64,000 nt of DNA from Octopus vulgaris (Eukaryota): the NCBI GenBank assembly GCA_951406725.2, contig OX597823.1:6820001-6884000 (forward strand). Direction: 5' to 3'. The notes below the pieces were generated by a model. The model was not told the DNA's origin, ran no database searches, and saw only the letters and a program-made list of their open reading frames with translations. A program made the position numbers and the translations under genes. Of this stretch, positions 38,830-62,319 are shown piece by piece. Position 1 is the first letter of the stretch; each line of letters starts with the position of its first letter.

Positions 38830-39105
38830 AATGGGTGTATTAAATTAAATTAAGTTCAATTAAATTAAACTGAATTAAATTGAATTAAATTGAGCCTCCG
38901 TGGATTCAAATCCTGTAAAAGCCAAACCAATTATTTTCTACAACTTATTTTATTCCTATAGACTCAAAAAGAATGGGTGCATTAAATTAAATTAAGTTCA
39001 ATTAACTAAAATTGAACTAAATTAAATCAAATTGAGCCTCCGTGGTTTCAATCCTGTAAAAGCTAAATCAATTACTTTCTACAACTTATATTATTCCTGT
39101 AGATT
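38830..39105. repeat. Two-copy ~142-bp tandem duplication
   Basis: atgggtg.attaaattaaattaagttcaattaa...ttgagcctccgtgg...ctacaacttat occurs twice. Confidence 0.85.
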
Positions 39106-39710
39106 TTTAGGAATGTAGAAGAAAATTTATGTATGCAAAAGGGAATCACGTCCGTAAATTTATTCAGAATGTGCGGTCCATGACACCTAAGGATGGTAAG
39201 TGATTCCCTTATGCATAACCTACACTTGATATTTCTCTGGAAATTTGGGGTTTTAGAAATGATGGACCATTCTAGATGATAGTTCTTATTTTTCCTCAGG
39301 TTGTGTATATGTGATGCAAGTGTAGTTGAGTTACAGTATTTGTCGTTAGCAGAAGAGCTAACATCTTGTGGGATGTTTATATGTATATTTCTATGATTAA
39401 ATGTTCGAATTATGAAATGCTATGCGGATAACCTTGCATTTGTTTGTTCAATAACTTTAGTTTGATACATAAGTATATGTATATATATATATATATACAC
39501 ATGTATATGTGTATATACGTATATAATTATATATATATATGTATGTGCGTGAATGTATATTTATGTGTATATAAATATGTATATATATTTATATATGTAT
39601 ATATAGGTACGTATGTATATAGGCCTGTATATCTATGTGCATATTTTGGTTGTATACATCTATATATTTTATATATATCTGTGTAAAAGTATATGTACGT
39701 GTATATATAT

Positions 39711-39768
<58 letters not shown>

Positions 39769-40301
39769 TTATATATATGTATGTATGTATGCATGTATAT
39801 ATATGTATGTATACATGTATGCATTTAAGTGTTGTTATGTTTAGAGAATTAATTCAAAATTTTTAAATATTTTAGTCCAGTAAAAGACAGCATTATTTTA
39901 TAAATTTGATATTAATACATATTACAAATAAGCTGTGTTCGTTATACTAAATAATTATATGTATAAATATATAAATTTAATTCAATTCGCGATAGTTATA
40001 ATGATAATAAGAATAATGATAATAAAAATTAGTTATATTTCATTTATTAATATTTCAAATATTTTATTTCACTTACTAACTCGATTTAATAACCACACTA
40101 ATAATTATCGTAATTTCGCATAGTATGTAACGTGTATTCATATTACAATATTACATTGTTACTTATGAAAGAACTAGCATCATAGCATCATGGCTTCTTT
40201 ATTCTTATGTTTTTGATTTATTATTAGTGTTGCTTAATACGTTTTGCTAAAATTTCTGTTTCTTTCCACATCTATCTAAGTATACATAAACACACACACA
40301 C

Positions 40302-40339
<38 letters not shown>

Positions 40340-40343
<4 letters not shown>

Positions 40344-41106
40344 TTATATATGAGGATAATATCGATATTTAAGTATCAAAATTATCAAGTGGCCAGCATG
40401 AAAGAAATACCTTACAAAGGTAAAAAATTTTTATAACAATTAAAAATGAGGGTGTCTAAAAGACACCAACATGCCGAAATAGCAGTCGAAATTCTGACTA
40501 TAAAACCACGTTAAATGTTCATATCGTACCATGAGGTAAAGCGGAGGGACAAAACATACAAGCAAAAATTATTGAATAATTCAAGATCCAAGGATTTCTG
40601 GTTCTGCTTTAGATAAGCTTTACCGTCATCAATTGAATATATCAAGGGTACATAAATGCAGATATATATATGCACAGCAAACGATATACTTACATATACG
40701 AGCGCCGTACATACATACATATAATTCGTTATTTTATTCACTGCGGTGCTTATTTTAACCATATCGTGATTATGCGGTGATTTGGCGGGCGATTCAAATG
40801 GCAGTGTCCATACGTGCATATGTATGTATGTACGGCGCTCGTATATATAAGTATATCGTTTGCTGTGCATATATATATCTGCATTTATGTATCCTTGATA
40901 TATTCAATTGATGACGGTAAAGCTTATTTAAAGCAGAACCAGAAATCCTTGGATCTTGAATTATTCAATAATTTTTGCTTGTATGTTTTGTCCCTCCGCT
41001 TTACCTCATGGTACGATATGAACATTTAACGTGGTTTTATAGTCAGAATTTCGACTGCTATTTCGGCATGTTGGTGTCTTTTAGACACCCTCATTTTTAA
41101 TTGTTA

Positions 41107-41108
<2 letters not shown>
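40340..41108. mobile_element. TA-flanked palindromic non-coding element (arms about 40434-40722 and 40818-41106) with hammerhead-like motifs
   Basis: Near-perfect ~290-bp inverted repeat with a ~95-bp spacer. Confidence 0.88.
40902..40961 (+). ncRNA. Type I hammerhead-like motif, UUGAUGA core (mirror copy at 40579-40638 on -)
   Basis: attcaa-TTGATGA-c.ggt..gctt..aagc..acc.a-GAAA-tcc(tt)gga-TC-ttgaat. Confidence 0.7.
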
Positions 41109-41514
<406 letters not shown>

Positions 41515-41774
41515 TTATGTATATATATATATATACATAAATACATATATACATATATATCTGTCTACCTGTCTGCATTTGATTATATGTGGAAATATAT
41601 ATATAGTGAGAATTCACGGAAAAAACAAAAGACGAAGACAGGTGGTGTAGAAAACAAACAGATATATTAGTATCACGCTCGGGAAATTGAAAAGGTCTTT
41701 TACCTTTCGAGCCTACGCTCTTCCACAGATAGGAACACAGAAAGAAACAAGGAGAGAAAGAAAATGTGTCGTGG

Positions 41775-42355
41775 CTGGCAATGCAAACATCTCAAACCGT
41801 GTACAATATTATTATAGGAAGAAATTTAATATCTTACAGCTGTTTTTGGGATATCCTCAAGAATGGGATATTCCGTCATCAAAGACAAATAGGGGTAAAA
41901 GTTATGGAAGATGAGAACTGTAATATAATAAGGAGATGGAAAGAGAGAAGAAAACTGAAACAGTTCATCTTAGCGAAGTTATAGAAGCCAGAGCATGAGT
42001 CCTGAGGTTCAATTCTTCATAGATCCTTGGGATTGCACCTAACTACCTACGCTCATGGATCGTCGCAGGATTGCATCTAAGGACTCATGCTTTCGCTTCT
42101 ATAAACTCGGAAAGGTCAACTCTAAAGTTTTATGCTTCTTTTTTCCTCTCTCATTCCATCTCTTTATTCTTTTCCTCAATTCCTCTATTTTGTAATGTAA
42201 TTAACAGATACCATTTTCATTTTCAATATTCCACCCCCCTATTTGTCTGCGATGACGGAATATCCCGTACTCGCGGATATCCCAGAAACAGCTGTAAGAT
42301 TTTGAATTCCTTCCGTTAATAATATTGTATATGACTTGAGATGTTTGCCTTGCCT
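41775..42355. mobile_element. Two diverged inverted copies of a hammerhead-bearing element (motifs at 41831-41886 - and 42245-42300 +)
   Basis: gtct-GCGATGA-cggaatatcc..ggatatccca-GAAA-c(agct)g-TA-agat; the arms align along their length. Confidence 0.7.
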
Positions 42356-42568
42356 TAATGTTTGACGTCCTGTTTAACAATTATATACTCGCTGCATGTA
42401 TATACATTTATCCCCCACTTATGCGTACTTTGTATACATAGTAATACACAATGATGCTCGCATATATATCCACACATATACATATATCCATTTATACACA
42501 TACCTATATATATATATATATGCGCATACAATTCAAATGCAGACAGAATTGCATGTATATATGCATAA

Positions 42569-42625
<57 letters not shown>

Positions 42626-43066
42626 ATATTATATATATGTGTGTGTCTATATATGTATATATATTAAGAGGTATGTATACATGTATATAAATATATGATA
42701 TATATTTATATACATGTATATAAACATAAAAATATATACGTATACCACACAAACACACAAACCTAAGCGCACGTATGTATGTATAATATTGCTAAAGACG
42801 ACGGTGGTGATGATGGTGATGATTGCTTAACACTACATGACAGTATTGTGCCATCCATTTAGCATTGAAATTCTGATGCATTGTAGTCGGTGCGTCGCAC
42901 AAAACATCGTTAAAATAGGTCAGAGAGGTCAATCACGTCAGGTGAAAAACAACTTAATTAGTTTATCAAAATATTTCACTCAATTCTCTCTCCCTCCCAC
43001 TTTCTATCTCGCTCACAAAAAATGCATTATTCAACTGTTGTAAAGTGTTTGGTCATATATATATAC

Positions 43067-44318
43067 ATAAAGGGGGAAGTAGAGCAGATGCCAAAATCTA
43101 TAGGCCTATCTCTCTGACTTCACACGTCAGCAAAGTCATGGAAAGGATAGTCAGAAAGAAACTAATCGCATTCCTTGAGGAAAATAACTTGCTGAGTAAT
43201 ACCTAGCATGGTTTTCGACCAGGTAGGAGCTGCCTGACCCAGCTCTTACAGCATTATGATTGGGTGTTGAGGCAGTTACTCAACAAATCAAATGTGGACG
43301 TAATCTACCTTGATTTTGCAAAAGCTTTTGACAAGGTGGATCATGGTATGATATGCCACAAACTACGTGACCTCGGCATAGCTGGAAAACTTGGAGTGTG
43401 GTTGCATGATTTCCTGAAAGATAGGAGTCAGGCAGTAGAGGTTAATGGAGCAACCTCTATGAACACACAAATAGTGAGCGGTGTTCCACAGGGCACTGTC
43501 TTGGGACCACTGCTTTTTATAGTGGCTCTCTCAGATATGCCCTCAAATGCCCGGATAGCCACTCTGGCCAGCTATGCAGATGATACGACATGAGTGATGA
43601 TATCTCTTTCCAAGTGCACATTACCAGGATGGTGACAAAGTGCAGACGACTGGCTGGCTGGATCCTAAGATCATTCAGAACCAGAGATAAGGAAACCATG
43701 ATGGTCCTCTGGCGGACATTCGTCCTAGTTGCCTGGATTACTGCTCACAGCTATGGTCACCCACCAGTGTAAAATTAACAGCAGACCTTGAAGCAATCTA
43801 GAGAAGATTCACAAAGAAGATCGTCTCTTTGCAACAGCTCAGCTACTAGGAAAGGTTGAAACAGCTAAGACTCTACTCCCTGGAGAGAAGACATATGCAG
43901 TAATATATGTCTGGAAGATCCTGGAAGGAATTGTGCCAAATTTTGGCATTGTAAGCTACACCAATGCTAGAATTGGACGACACTGCATAGTGCCAAAGAT
44001 CCCAGCAATGCCATCACGCTTCAGGAGCAGCTTCTGCAACATCCTGGATTTCAAGGGCCCACAGCTTTTTAATATTCTCCCAAAGAGTCTGAGGAAATTG
44101 CACAAAGTAGATGTAGCGGTTTTTAAATCAAAACTGGACATCTTCCTGTCAAGAGTCCCAGATGAACCTACCTTACGGCAGGAGGTGCAAATGAGAGTCG
44201 CTGTATCAAACTCCATTGTTCACCAAGTGCCACATATTAGACGAGGTTCGTTGCAATAACAGTGTAGCACAAAACGGCGGTGCATCAGCATGGCCGCAGC
44301 TCTGAGCTGAAACTAGAA
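43067..44318 (+). mobile_element. CR1-clade LINE, 5'-truncated, internally deleted
   Basis: YRPISLTS, HGFRPGRSC, VIYLDFAKAFDKVDH, SGVPQGTVLGPLLF and YADDT; 3' tail ggcggtgcatcagcatggccgcag..ctgaaactag. Confidence 0.93.
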
Positions 44319-44462
44319 TATATATATATATATTGGTAAAACGGTAAGATAACAAAAGAAAGAAAGAGACCTCAATGTTATGTAAATAGAGGAAATTTAT
44401 CTATAAAATAATATGTTACATTACACGATAGTCAAGATAAAACTCTGAGTTTCAGATGCCGA

Positions 44463-49525
<5,063 letters not shown>

Positions 49526-49532
49526 AATATAT

Positions 49533-49632
49533 NNNNNNNNNNNNNNNNNNNNNNNNNNNNNNNNNNNNNNNNNNNNNNNNNNNNNNNNNNNNNNNNNNNN
49601 NNNNNNNNNNNNNNNNNNNNNNNNNNNNNNNN
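49533..49632. other. Assembly gap (100 N)
   Basis: Run of N. Confidence 1.
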
Positions 49633-50044
49633 GCATACATATATGTATACATGTATATATCCATATTTATGTATTTGTAAATATGGAAATTTATATATAT
49701 ATATGTATATGTATAGATATATGTATATATATGTGTGTGTGTGTATATATATATATGTCTATGCATATATATATATTTATATGTATATATATGTATATGT
49801 GTGTATATATATGCATTGATATATATTTTTATAAATGTATATGCATATATATATGCATTCTTATTTATATATATATGCATATGTATACATATATATCCAC
49901 ATATATATGTTTGCATGTATATAAAAAGAATAGCTTTAGCCATATGCATCTGTATGTATATATATATTTGCATGTATATATATATATATATATAAATATA
50001 TATATAGGCATAGATTTATATATGCATATTTATATATATATATG

Positions 50045-50202
50045 CAGTTGTGGATGTGTGGTAAGTAGCCTGCTTACCAACCACATGGTTCTGGGTTCAG
50101 TCCCTGTGCTTTGCACCTTGGGTAAGTTTCCTCTAATATTGCCTCAGCCGACGAAAGCCTTGTGAGTGGATTTCGTAGACTGAAACTGAAATAAGCCTGT
50201 CG

Positions 50203-50233
<31 letters not shown>

Positions 50234-50418
50234 CTGTGTTTTGTTTCCCTAACATCGATTGACAACCGATGCTGGTGTGTTTTCGTCCACATAATCTAGC
50301 GGTTCAGCGAACGAAACCAATAAAATAAGGGGTAGGCTTGAAAAATCTTGTGGTCGAATTGCTCGACTAAAGGCAGTGCTCCAGCATGGCCGCATTTCAA
50401 GTGTTAAAGAATGAAAGA
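50045..50418 (+). mobile_element. SINE (23890 family), diverged
   Basis: Head, body and tail are recognisable; further partial copies at 51091-51216 (-), 60770-60950 (-) and 62390-62542 (-). Confidence 0.8.
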
Positions 50419-50675
50419 ATATATGTATATGGATATGTATATATACATATATATATATATGTATGCATATATATATATATATATGTATGGATATATATAT
50501 ATATATATATGCATATATATATATATATATGTATGGATATATAAATATATATATGTATGGATATATAAATATATATATGTATGGATATATAAATATATAT
50601 ATGTATGGATATATAAATATATATATGTATGGATATAAAATATATATATGTATGGATATATATATATATGTATGC

Positions 50676-50750
<75 letters not shown>

Positions 50751-51406
50751 GATATATATATATATATGTATGCATATATATATATATATATATATGCATG
50801 CATATATATATATATATGTATGCATATATATATATATATATATATATGCATGCATATATATATATATATGTATGTATGCATATATATATATAGATATATT
50901 TCATATGTATGCATATATATATGCATATGTATGCATATATATATAGATATATGCATATGTATGCATATATATATAGATATATGCATGTGTATGCATACAT
51001 AGATATATGCATATGGATACATATATGTATATTTGCATGTATATATATTCATATATTTATATATGCTTATATGTATATCCATATATATATGTAGTTTCCG
51101 TCTACCAAATCTACTTTTGCACATATTTGGTCGGCCCAAGGCTGTAGTAAAAGACACTTGCCCAAAATGCCACGCACTGGGATTGAACCCAGAACCATGA
51201 GGCTGGTAAGCAAGCTAAGCATATGTATATATATAGATGTATTTCTATGCCTATATATACATATATATATTCTATGCCTATATATATATATATATATTCT
51301 ATGCTTATATATACATATGTAATTATATGCCTATATATATATATGTATATATATGTCCATATATATATGTATATATATGTTTATACATATATGTATATAT
51401 ATATTG

Positions 51407-51460
<54 letters not shown>

Positions 51461-51465
51461 GTGTG

Positions 51466-51519
<54 letters not shown>

Positions 51520-51859
51520 GATAGACATATATGCATATCTAGATATGTATATGTATATTCATGTATATGTACATATATACCTAAATATATACATACATAT
51601 ATGTGGGCATATACATATATATATGCATATATATATATATACATGCATATATGGGTACAGGGTGTCACCATCTGTAGAAATGGCATTAAAGTTGTAAATG
51701 AATGAATGAAATATATGAACGAGAGAAAAATGGAAAACGTATTCAACCCATCGGTTTACGTATTTGAGGCTTTTTGAGCCATCGGTGATGTCCTGTACCC
51801 ATATTTGCCTGTTTATATACTTATATATATATATATGTGTGTGTATGTATGTATGTATG

Positions 51860-51892
<33 letters not shown>

Positions 51893-51943
51893 GTATATAT
51901 ATGTATGTATATATATATGTATGTATATTTGTATATATGTATT

Positions 51944-51978
<35 letters not shown>

Positions 51979-52222
51979 GTATGTATATATATATGTATGT
52001 ATATATATATATATATATATGCATATATATATGTATATATATATATATATATGCATATATATATGTATGTATATATATATATATGTATGTATATATATAT
52101 ATGTATGTATATATATATATGTATGTATATATATATATGTATGTATATATAAATATAGGTATGTATATATAAATATATGTATGTATATATATATATGTAT
52201 GTATATATAAATATATGTATGT

Positions 52223-52281
<59 letters not shown>

Positions 52282-52289
52282 TATGTATG

Positions 52290-52320
<31 letters not shown>

Positions 52321-52401
52321 GTATATATATATGTATGTATATATATATATGTATGTATATATATATGTATGTATATATATATATGTATATATATATACAT
52401 G

Positions 52402-52510
<109 letters not shown>

Positions 52511-52516
52511 GTATGA

Positions 52517-55036
<2,520 letters not shown>

Positions 55037-55104
55037 TCCTTAAATCCTTAAAAATGTTTTAGCCCGAAGGCCGCGGCCATGCTGGGTCACCACCGCTGAT
55101 ATGT

Positions 55105-55145
<41 letters not shown>

Positions 55146-55244
55146 CATATATATATATTGATAGATAGATAGATATAGATTTATATGTATGTATATAAAT
55201 ACATATTATTTATTACACGTTATCGAATTGAATGTGACAGATCC

Positions 55245-55276
<32 letters not shown>

Positions 55277-56078
55277 ATATATATGTTTTTAAGGGATCTT
55301 TGAAATGATGTACAAGCACACAGATCTATTCACTGCTTCTGATAGCAGACACTGTTAGAGAAGAAAGTTTGCTATAAGTTTCCTATGCCCTTTTTATTCA
55401 AGGAATTAATAATATTCCCTGTAATATATCAGGGGACACTGATATTATTCCCTGATATATTACAGGGAGTCAATGTTTTATGTATAAGCAAATGCGTATT
55501 GATCAGTCTATTACTTTTAGTCAAAACAAAAAATATGCCTATATACATGTTCATGTACATAAATATGTATAGCGATGATTATATACATATATACATTCAG
55601 ATATGTGTATTTGTGTATGTATCTTTCATTATGTGTATATATATATATACACACACACACATATATATACACACACACACACATACATACCTATGCAAAT
55701 TTACACTTTGGTTTCAGAGTTTAGAACAATGCCAGCAATTTCAGTGTCAGGAGTTCAGTTGATAATATCAGCCTCAGTGCTCAGCGGGTACTGTTTTTAT
55801 GGACTCTAGAAGGATAGAAGTCATATTAAGTGCTATTAAGTTAGACATGGCCTGGGCCAATACTGGCCAAAACCTTTCTAAGTTATTCTAAGTCATATTT
55901 AACTGTACTGGCATTTGAACTAAGATGGTAACACTTCTGCCAGCTCACAATCTTAGATATCAAAAATGTAATATCATAATAATTCATACATACATATTTG
56001 CATATATGCAAATCTTTATCTATCTGTCTATATTTCTATATGTATGTATATATATATATATATATATATGAATATAGA

Positions 56079-56132
<54 letters not shown>

Positions 56133-56283
56133 TCATAAGATTACAGTGATACTTATGTATATGTATGCACACACAATATTTATTTATTTAGTTATATGCA
56201 GGTGTATACAGGTTCAAAAATGTATTATAAACATGCATTTATATGTAATTTTATGGTGTATGCAATGTAAACATATTCCTGCA

Positions 56284-56324
<41 letters not shown>

Positions 56325-56729
56325 ATAAATATTTGTTTGTGCCTATATATGTATATACTTATATTTACCCCCACTCGCTCTCTGCATATATATATATATA
56401 TATATGTGTATATGTATTTATGAGCTTTTATATACATATGATTGTCATCATTGTTGTTTTGATTCCACTTTTCTAATCCCCTTATTCTACAACTTGATAC
56501 CTTTCATAGACCCACCTGTTTCAAAACTAGGAACATCACTCCATGGCCAGCCATGGCTTCGGAGAACGGTGCAAATGAACGTCAAACCTTGTAAGACATT
56601 ACCTTATATTTATAACAAGTGTGCCATGTCAAGACAAGGACCTTCTTCCTCTTTTTCTTTCTCTCCCTATCTCCATATATATATATATATGTGTGTGTGT
56701 GTATGTATATATGTATGTGTATATATATA

Positions 56730-56806
<77 letters not shown>

Positions 56807-56848
56807 ATGTATATATATATGTATCTATATACATGTATATGTATATAC

Positions 56849-56880
<32 letters not shown>

Positions 56881-56884
<4 letters not shown>

Positions 56885-57054
56885 CTTTTCTACCCACAAG
56901 GGGCTAAACACAGAGGAGACAAACAAGGACAGACAAATGGACTGCATCGACCCCAGTGCGTAACTGGTACTTATTTAATCGACCTTGGCGGAATTTGAAC
57001 TCAGAACGTAGTGGCAGCCGAAATACCACTAAGCATTTTGCCCTGCATGCTAAC
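56881..57054 (-). mobile_element. SINE (same head and core as 6850-7062, different 3' tail)
   Basis: B box gagttcaaattccgcc, core gtcgattaaataagtaccag, tail tgtttagccccttgtgggtagaaaagaaat. Confidence 0.8.
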
Positions 57055-57563
57055 ATGTATATATATGTATACATATACGTATGTATATATATGTATGTGT
57101 GTGTATATGCATGTATGTATATATATATGTATATATATGTACATATGTATATGTATATTTATATATAAATATATATGTATATGTACGTATATATATGTAT
57201 GAATGTATATATGTATGCATATGTATATGTATGTATATATATATATGTATATATATGTACGTATATGTATATGTACGTATATATATATGTATATGTATGT
57301 ATTTATATATATTATGTATGTATTTATATATATTATATATATGTTTATATATATATATGTATATATATATCCATGTATGTATATATATGCATATATGTAT
57401 ATATATATGTATATATGTATATATATACCTGTCAAAACAAAGAATTTCTTCGGTTTTTTTTTCTCTCACTCTCCATATGTATGTGTATGTATATATATAT
57501 ATGTGTGTGTATGCGTGTGTATATATATATATATATATATACACACACATGTATATATGTATG

Positions 57564-57601
<38 letters not shown>

Positions 57602-58388
57602 TATATGCATGTATGTATATATGTATATATATGCATGTATATATATATATGTATGTATATATATATATGTATATATATATATATTATAAACAGATATAGA
57701 TATTGATATTTGTATGTATATATATGTATATATACACATATATATATATATATACATGTAAATATACATACATATATATGTACTTATACATATATGAGTT
57801 TGTATATAAATAAATATATATATATATATATATATACATACATATATTTACATATACATACTTATGTATATATATATATATTGATATATGTATATAAGTA
57901 TACATACATACATATATATATGTATGTTAATCCAAAAAAGAAAGCACAAAAATACATAAGAAAGCATGGACGTGGAACAAATATAGTATTATTGGACGCT
58001 CAGGAAAGAAGGAGGGTTTAATGTTTCGATCGGAGCTCTTCGTCGGAAACAGAGGAGAAGGAAGGGAAGACAGAGGAAAAAAAAATCGCCAACAGTACAC
58101 ACACGATACGTATATATATGTATATATATATATTTATACATATATATATATATGTATATATATATATTTATACATATATGTATATATTTATATGTATATG
58201 TATATATATATGTATATACTTATATGTATATGTATATATATATGTATATACTTATATGTATATGTATATATATGTATATATATATATATATGTATATACG
58301 TATATGTATATATATATATACTTATATATATATATGTGTATATATATATGTATATATATGTTCATATATATATATATGTATATATATG

Positions 58389-58427
<39 letters not shown>

Positions 58428-58676
58428 GTATACATATGTATATATGCAGACATGTATGTGTAACAAGAGCTGGGCCCATTAGTCACCAGTAGAGTCACAA
58501 AAATTAAGTATAATTTTGTCGCATAGCACAGTCTTCTTAGTGGTCAGTCTTTTTGTTTTTGGGTCAGAAGTGAACAGCAATCATCATTCATCATATGTTT
58601 GTATCCATTTGTATATTCAGATATTTACATATATATGTGTGTGTGTGTGTGTATGTATGTATACATATATATATGT

Positions 58677-59165
58677 ACAGCTACTGGGAAAGGTTGAAAC
58701 AGCTAGGACTCTACTCCCTGGAGAGAAGACGGGAGAGGTATGCAGTAGTATATGTCTGGAAGATCCTGGAAGGAATTGTGCCAAATTTTGGCATTGTAAG
58801 CTACACCAATGCTAGAACGGGACGACACTGCATAGTGCCAAAGATCCCAGCAATGCCATCACGCTTCAGGACCAGCTTCTGCAACAGCCTGGGTTTCAAG
58901 GGCCCATAGCTTTTTAATATTCTCCCAAAGAGTCTGAGGAACTTGCACAAAGTAGATGTAGCGGTTTTTAAATCAAAGCTGGACATCTTCCTGTCAAGAG
59001 TCTCAGATGAACCTACCTCACAGCAAGAGGTGCAAATGAGAGTAGCTGTATCAAACTCCATTCTTCACCAAGTGCCACATATTAGACGAAGTTCGTCGTA
59101 ATAACAGTGTAGCACAAAACGGCGGTGCATCAGCATGGCCGCAGCTCTGAGTTTAAACTAGAAAA
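58677..59165 (+). mobile_element. CR1 LINE 3' fragment (same family as 43067-44318)
   Basis: SYWERLKQLGLYSLERRRERY; near-identical to about 43840-44318. Confidence 0.92.
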
Positions 59166-59429
59166 ATATATACATATATATATATTTTTATATATATGTC
59201 AATATTTACGTATTTTTCGAGGTACTGTCTCTCTGCATTGTACATTCAGCAGACTCTTCTACTATAGCCCGGACCCTCCGAAGACTTGTTAGTGGATATC
59301 GGAGAGTGGAGCTGAAAGAAGCTCATCAGATATATGTATAAATACATATATGATAGATCATTAGCCACCAAACCTTTTCCTTTTGTCTCTCCTTGTTTAT
59401 TTTGTGTTCCTTTCTGTCAAGGAGCCTGC

Positions 59430-59466
<37 letters not shown>

Positions 59467-59713
59467 TATATACACACACACACACATATATATACACACA
59501 CACACGCATGTATATATATATAACAATATATATATATATATATACAAACACATATATAAGTACCGACATATAAATTCATATATTTAAACATACACACATA
59601 TATGTACATATACATATATACACACAACACATATATATAACATATATGTATATATATTTGTATATGTATGTATATACATAGAATTATATATATACTTATA
59701 TATGTATATATGT

Positions 59714-60387
59714 GTTCCTGGATTCTCAGAACCTTCCAGTCGAGAGATTCCCACACCATTATCCTTCTCTTCTCCACTTTTGCCCGACCCCACCTTGAAT
59801 ACTGCTGTCCACTGTGGTCTCCCTACACGAAACAGAATATTATGAGAATTGAAGCTCCCCAAAGGTCAATCACAAAAAAGATAGATGGCATGTCAGACCT
59901 CGACTACTGGGGTAGATTAGAAAAGCTGAAACTGTATTCACTCCAACGACGCCGTGAATGCTACATTATCTGCATGATGTGGAAAATATTCCATCAGCAA
60001 TGTCCAAATGATGTTGGCATCACCTTCAAAATACATCCAAAGCTTGGACTACGTGCTATCCGTCTACAACAAAAATCTAAATCGCATCTCATAACAACAA
60101 TACGGCACAACTATTTCACCTCCATTGGACCCGCTCTCTTCAACATTACACCAGGACACGTCAAAACAGAAACTGACCACACAAAATTCAAGAAGTCTTT
60201 GGACAAATTCCTTCAAACAGTCCCGGACAAACCACCCACACCCGGATATGTCTCCGCAAACAATAACTCTCTGCTCGAAATGGGCCTTGGTGCCCAAATC
60301 CTGAATTGAAAGACTTCGCCAGGTGGTGCTATTAAGTTAGACATGGCCTGGGCCGATACTGGCCAAAACCTTTCTAAGTTCTATAGG
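59714..60387 (+). mobile_element. CR1 LINE 3' fragment, second family (further pieces at 62773-63100 and about 55830-55885)
   Basis: [55 protein letters not shown]. Confidence 0.9.
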
Positions 60388-60623
<236 letters not shown>

Positions 60624-60964
60624 GATATATATACATATATATCTATGTATATATATATATATATATATACATAGATATATATACATATATATCTATGTAT
60701 ATAGATATATACAAATGTATGCATATGTCTATATACATATATGTATGTATATTTGATTGTATATATTCTTCTATTTGTTGCAGTCATTTGACTGCGGCGA
60801 TGCTGGAGCACCGGCTGTCAAATAAATCAACCTGGGACTTTTTCTTTGTACACCTAGTACCTATTCTATTGGTCTTCTTTGCCAAACCTCTACGTTACGA
60901 GATGTAAACACACCAACATTGTTTGGCAAGTGCTGATGAGGTGACAAACATATTTATATATATA

Positions 60965-62319
60965 TGAGGGTGAGTGAAAAAGTAATGCCATTTTGTTTAG
61001 GACAGATATAATTACCAACACAGGAACATATATCATACATCAAAATGAAGCTGATCCTCTGCAGATCACATCCCTACTTCTCAACATAGTCACCGTTTCT
61101 CTCAATAGCTATTTTCTACCTTTGATGAGGCCATGTATTCCTGCCCCATAAAATTCTGTTGACTGTTCTTTGAGCCACTCCTTCACTATAGTTTTCACTT
61201 CCTCGTCACTGCAATAGCGTTTGCCTCTCAAACCATCTTTCATGGTGCCGAAGAGATGATAGTCTGAAGGTGCTAAATCTGGTGAGTTTGGAGGATGCAG
61301 TTAAGTTGTCCACCCGAATTAGGCGATTGTCTCCTTTGTCCTGTGTGTGGTCGAGCATTGTCATGCAGAAGGACATTGTCGATTGGCAAGTTGGTTTTTA
61401 CTCATCAGATTCTTGTTCTGAGTCTTGTGAGAGTATCAATGTAAGCCTCAGAGTTTATTGTTTTTCCTTTTGGCAAGAAATTGACCAGAATAACACCTTG
61501 AGCATCCCACAAGACAGTTGCCATGATTTTTCCAGCTGACTTTTGTGTCTTGAACTTTTTCAGTGGTAGTGACTTAGAGTTATGTCAAAAACAAAGAGTA
61601 GTGGTTGAATGTCTTGTAGCTGACAGGGAAACCTCTTTGATTCCGGTTGATAATGATGAACCCATGTTTCATCACCTGTTACGAGCCTTCGAAAGAAAGT
61701 GTTGTCTCTTTAACTTTGTTTGACAAGTTCAATGCCTTGTCAATTTTGCTTTTGGTAGTCAGCTCTCTTGGTACCCAAGAGGTACACACTTTTGAAAAGC
61801 CAAGTGATTCAACAGTGTTTTACACACTTCCATGGCTCACTTCAATCTTTTCTGCCAACTCATCAAGAGTTATGCACCTATCTTCTCTGATCAGAGCACC
61901 TGCTTTTGCTTTATTGGCAGGATTCACAGAAGTGGATGGCCGGCCGGCCGGCCAGAACGGGGTTTATCGGCTACATTCACAGTTCCTACTTTTTCCTCTC
62001 TCAGACAACAGACCCACTTGCATGCATTGTTATAAGCTAAAGTGTTGTCCTCAAAGACATTTTGTAATCGTCAGTGAATGTTCACAAGGGTTTCCCTGTC
62101 AGCTACAAGAAATTCAACCACTACTCTTTGTTTTTGACGTAACTCTAAGGATGCAGCCCTTTTGAATTTTCCATACCAGTCTAAAAACCTGAAAAGTAAG
62201 AAACAAAATATTTCAGAATGTAAATGATATTTATTTATAACTGGGGCAATTTTCAGTTATTTTTATCAAAAACTTCACATGAAATAAAGAAAATGGAATT
62301 ACTTTTTTACTCGCCCTTG
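60965..62319 (-). mobile_element. mariner (DD34D) transposon, near full length, decayed
   Basis: TIRs ta-tgagggtgagtgaaaaagtaatgccattt and aaatggaattacttttttactcgcccttg-ta; motifs WVPREL, VTGDETW, LLHDNARPH and SPDLAPSDYHLF on the minus strand. Confidence 0.92.

Noticed and set aside
39150-39340. Plus-strand intron (gtaagt at 39196, ttcctcag at 39299)
   Set aside because: The flanking sequence has no sustained ORF or recognisable protein; could be chance or non-coding.
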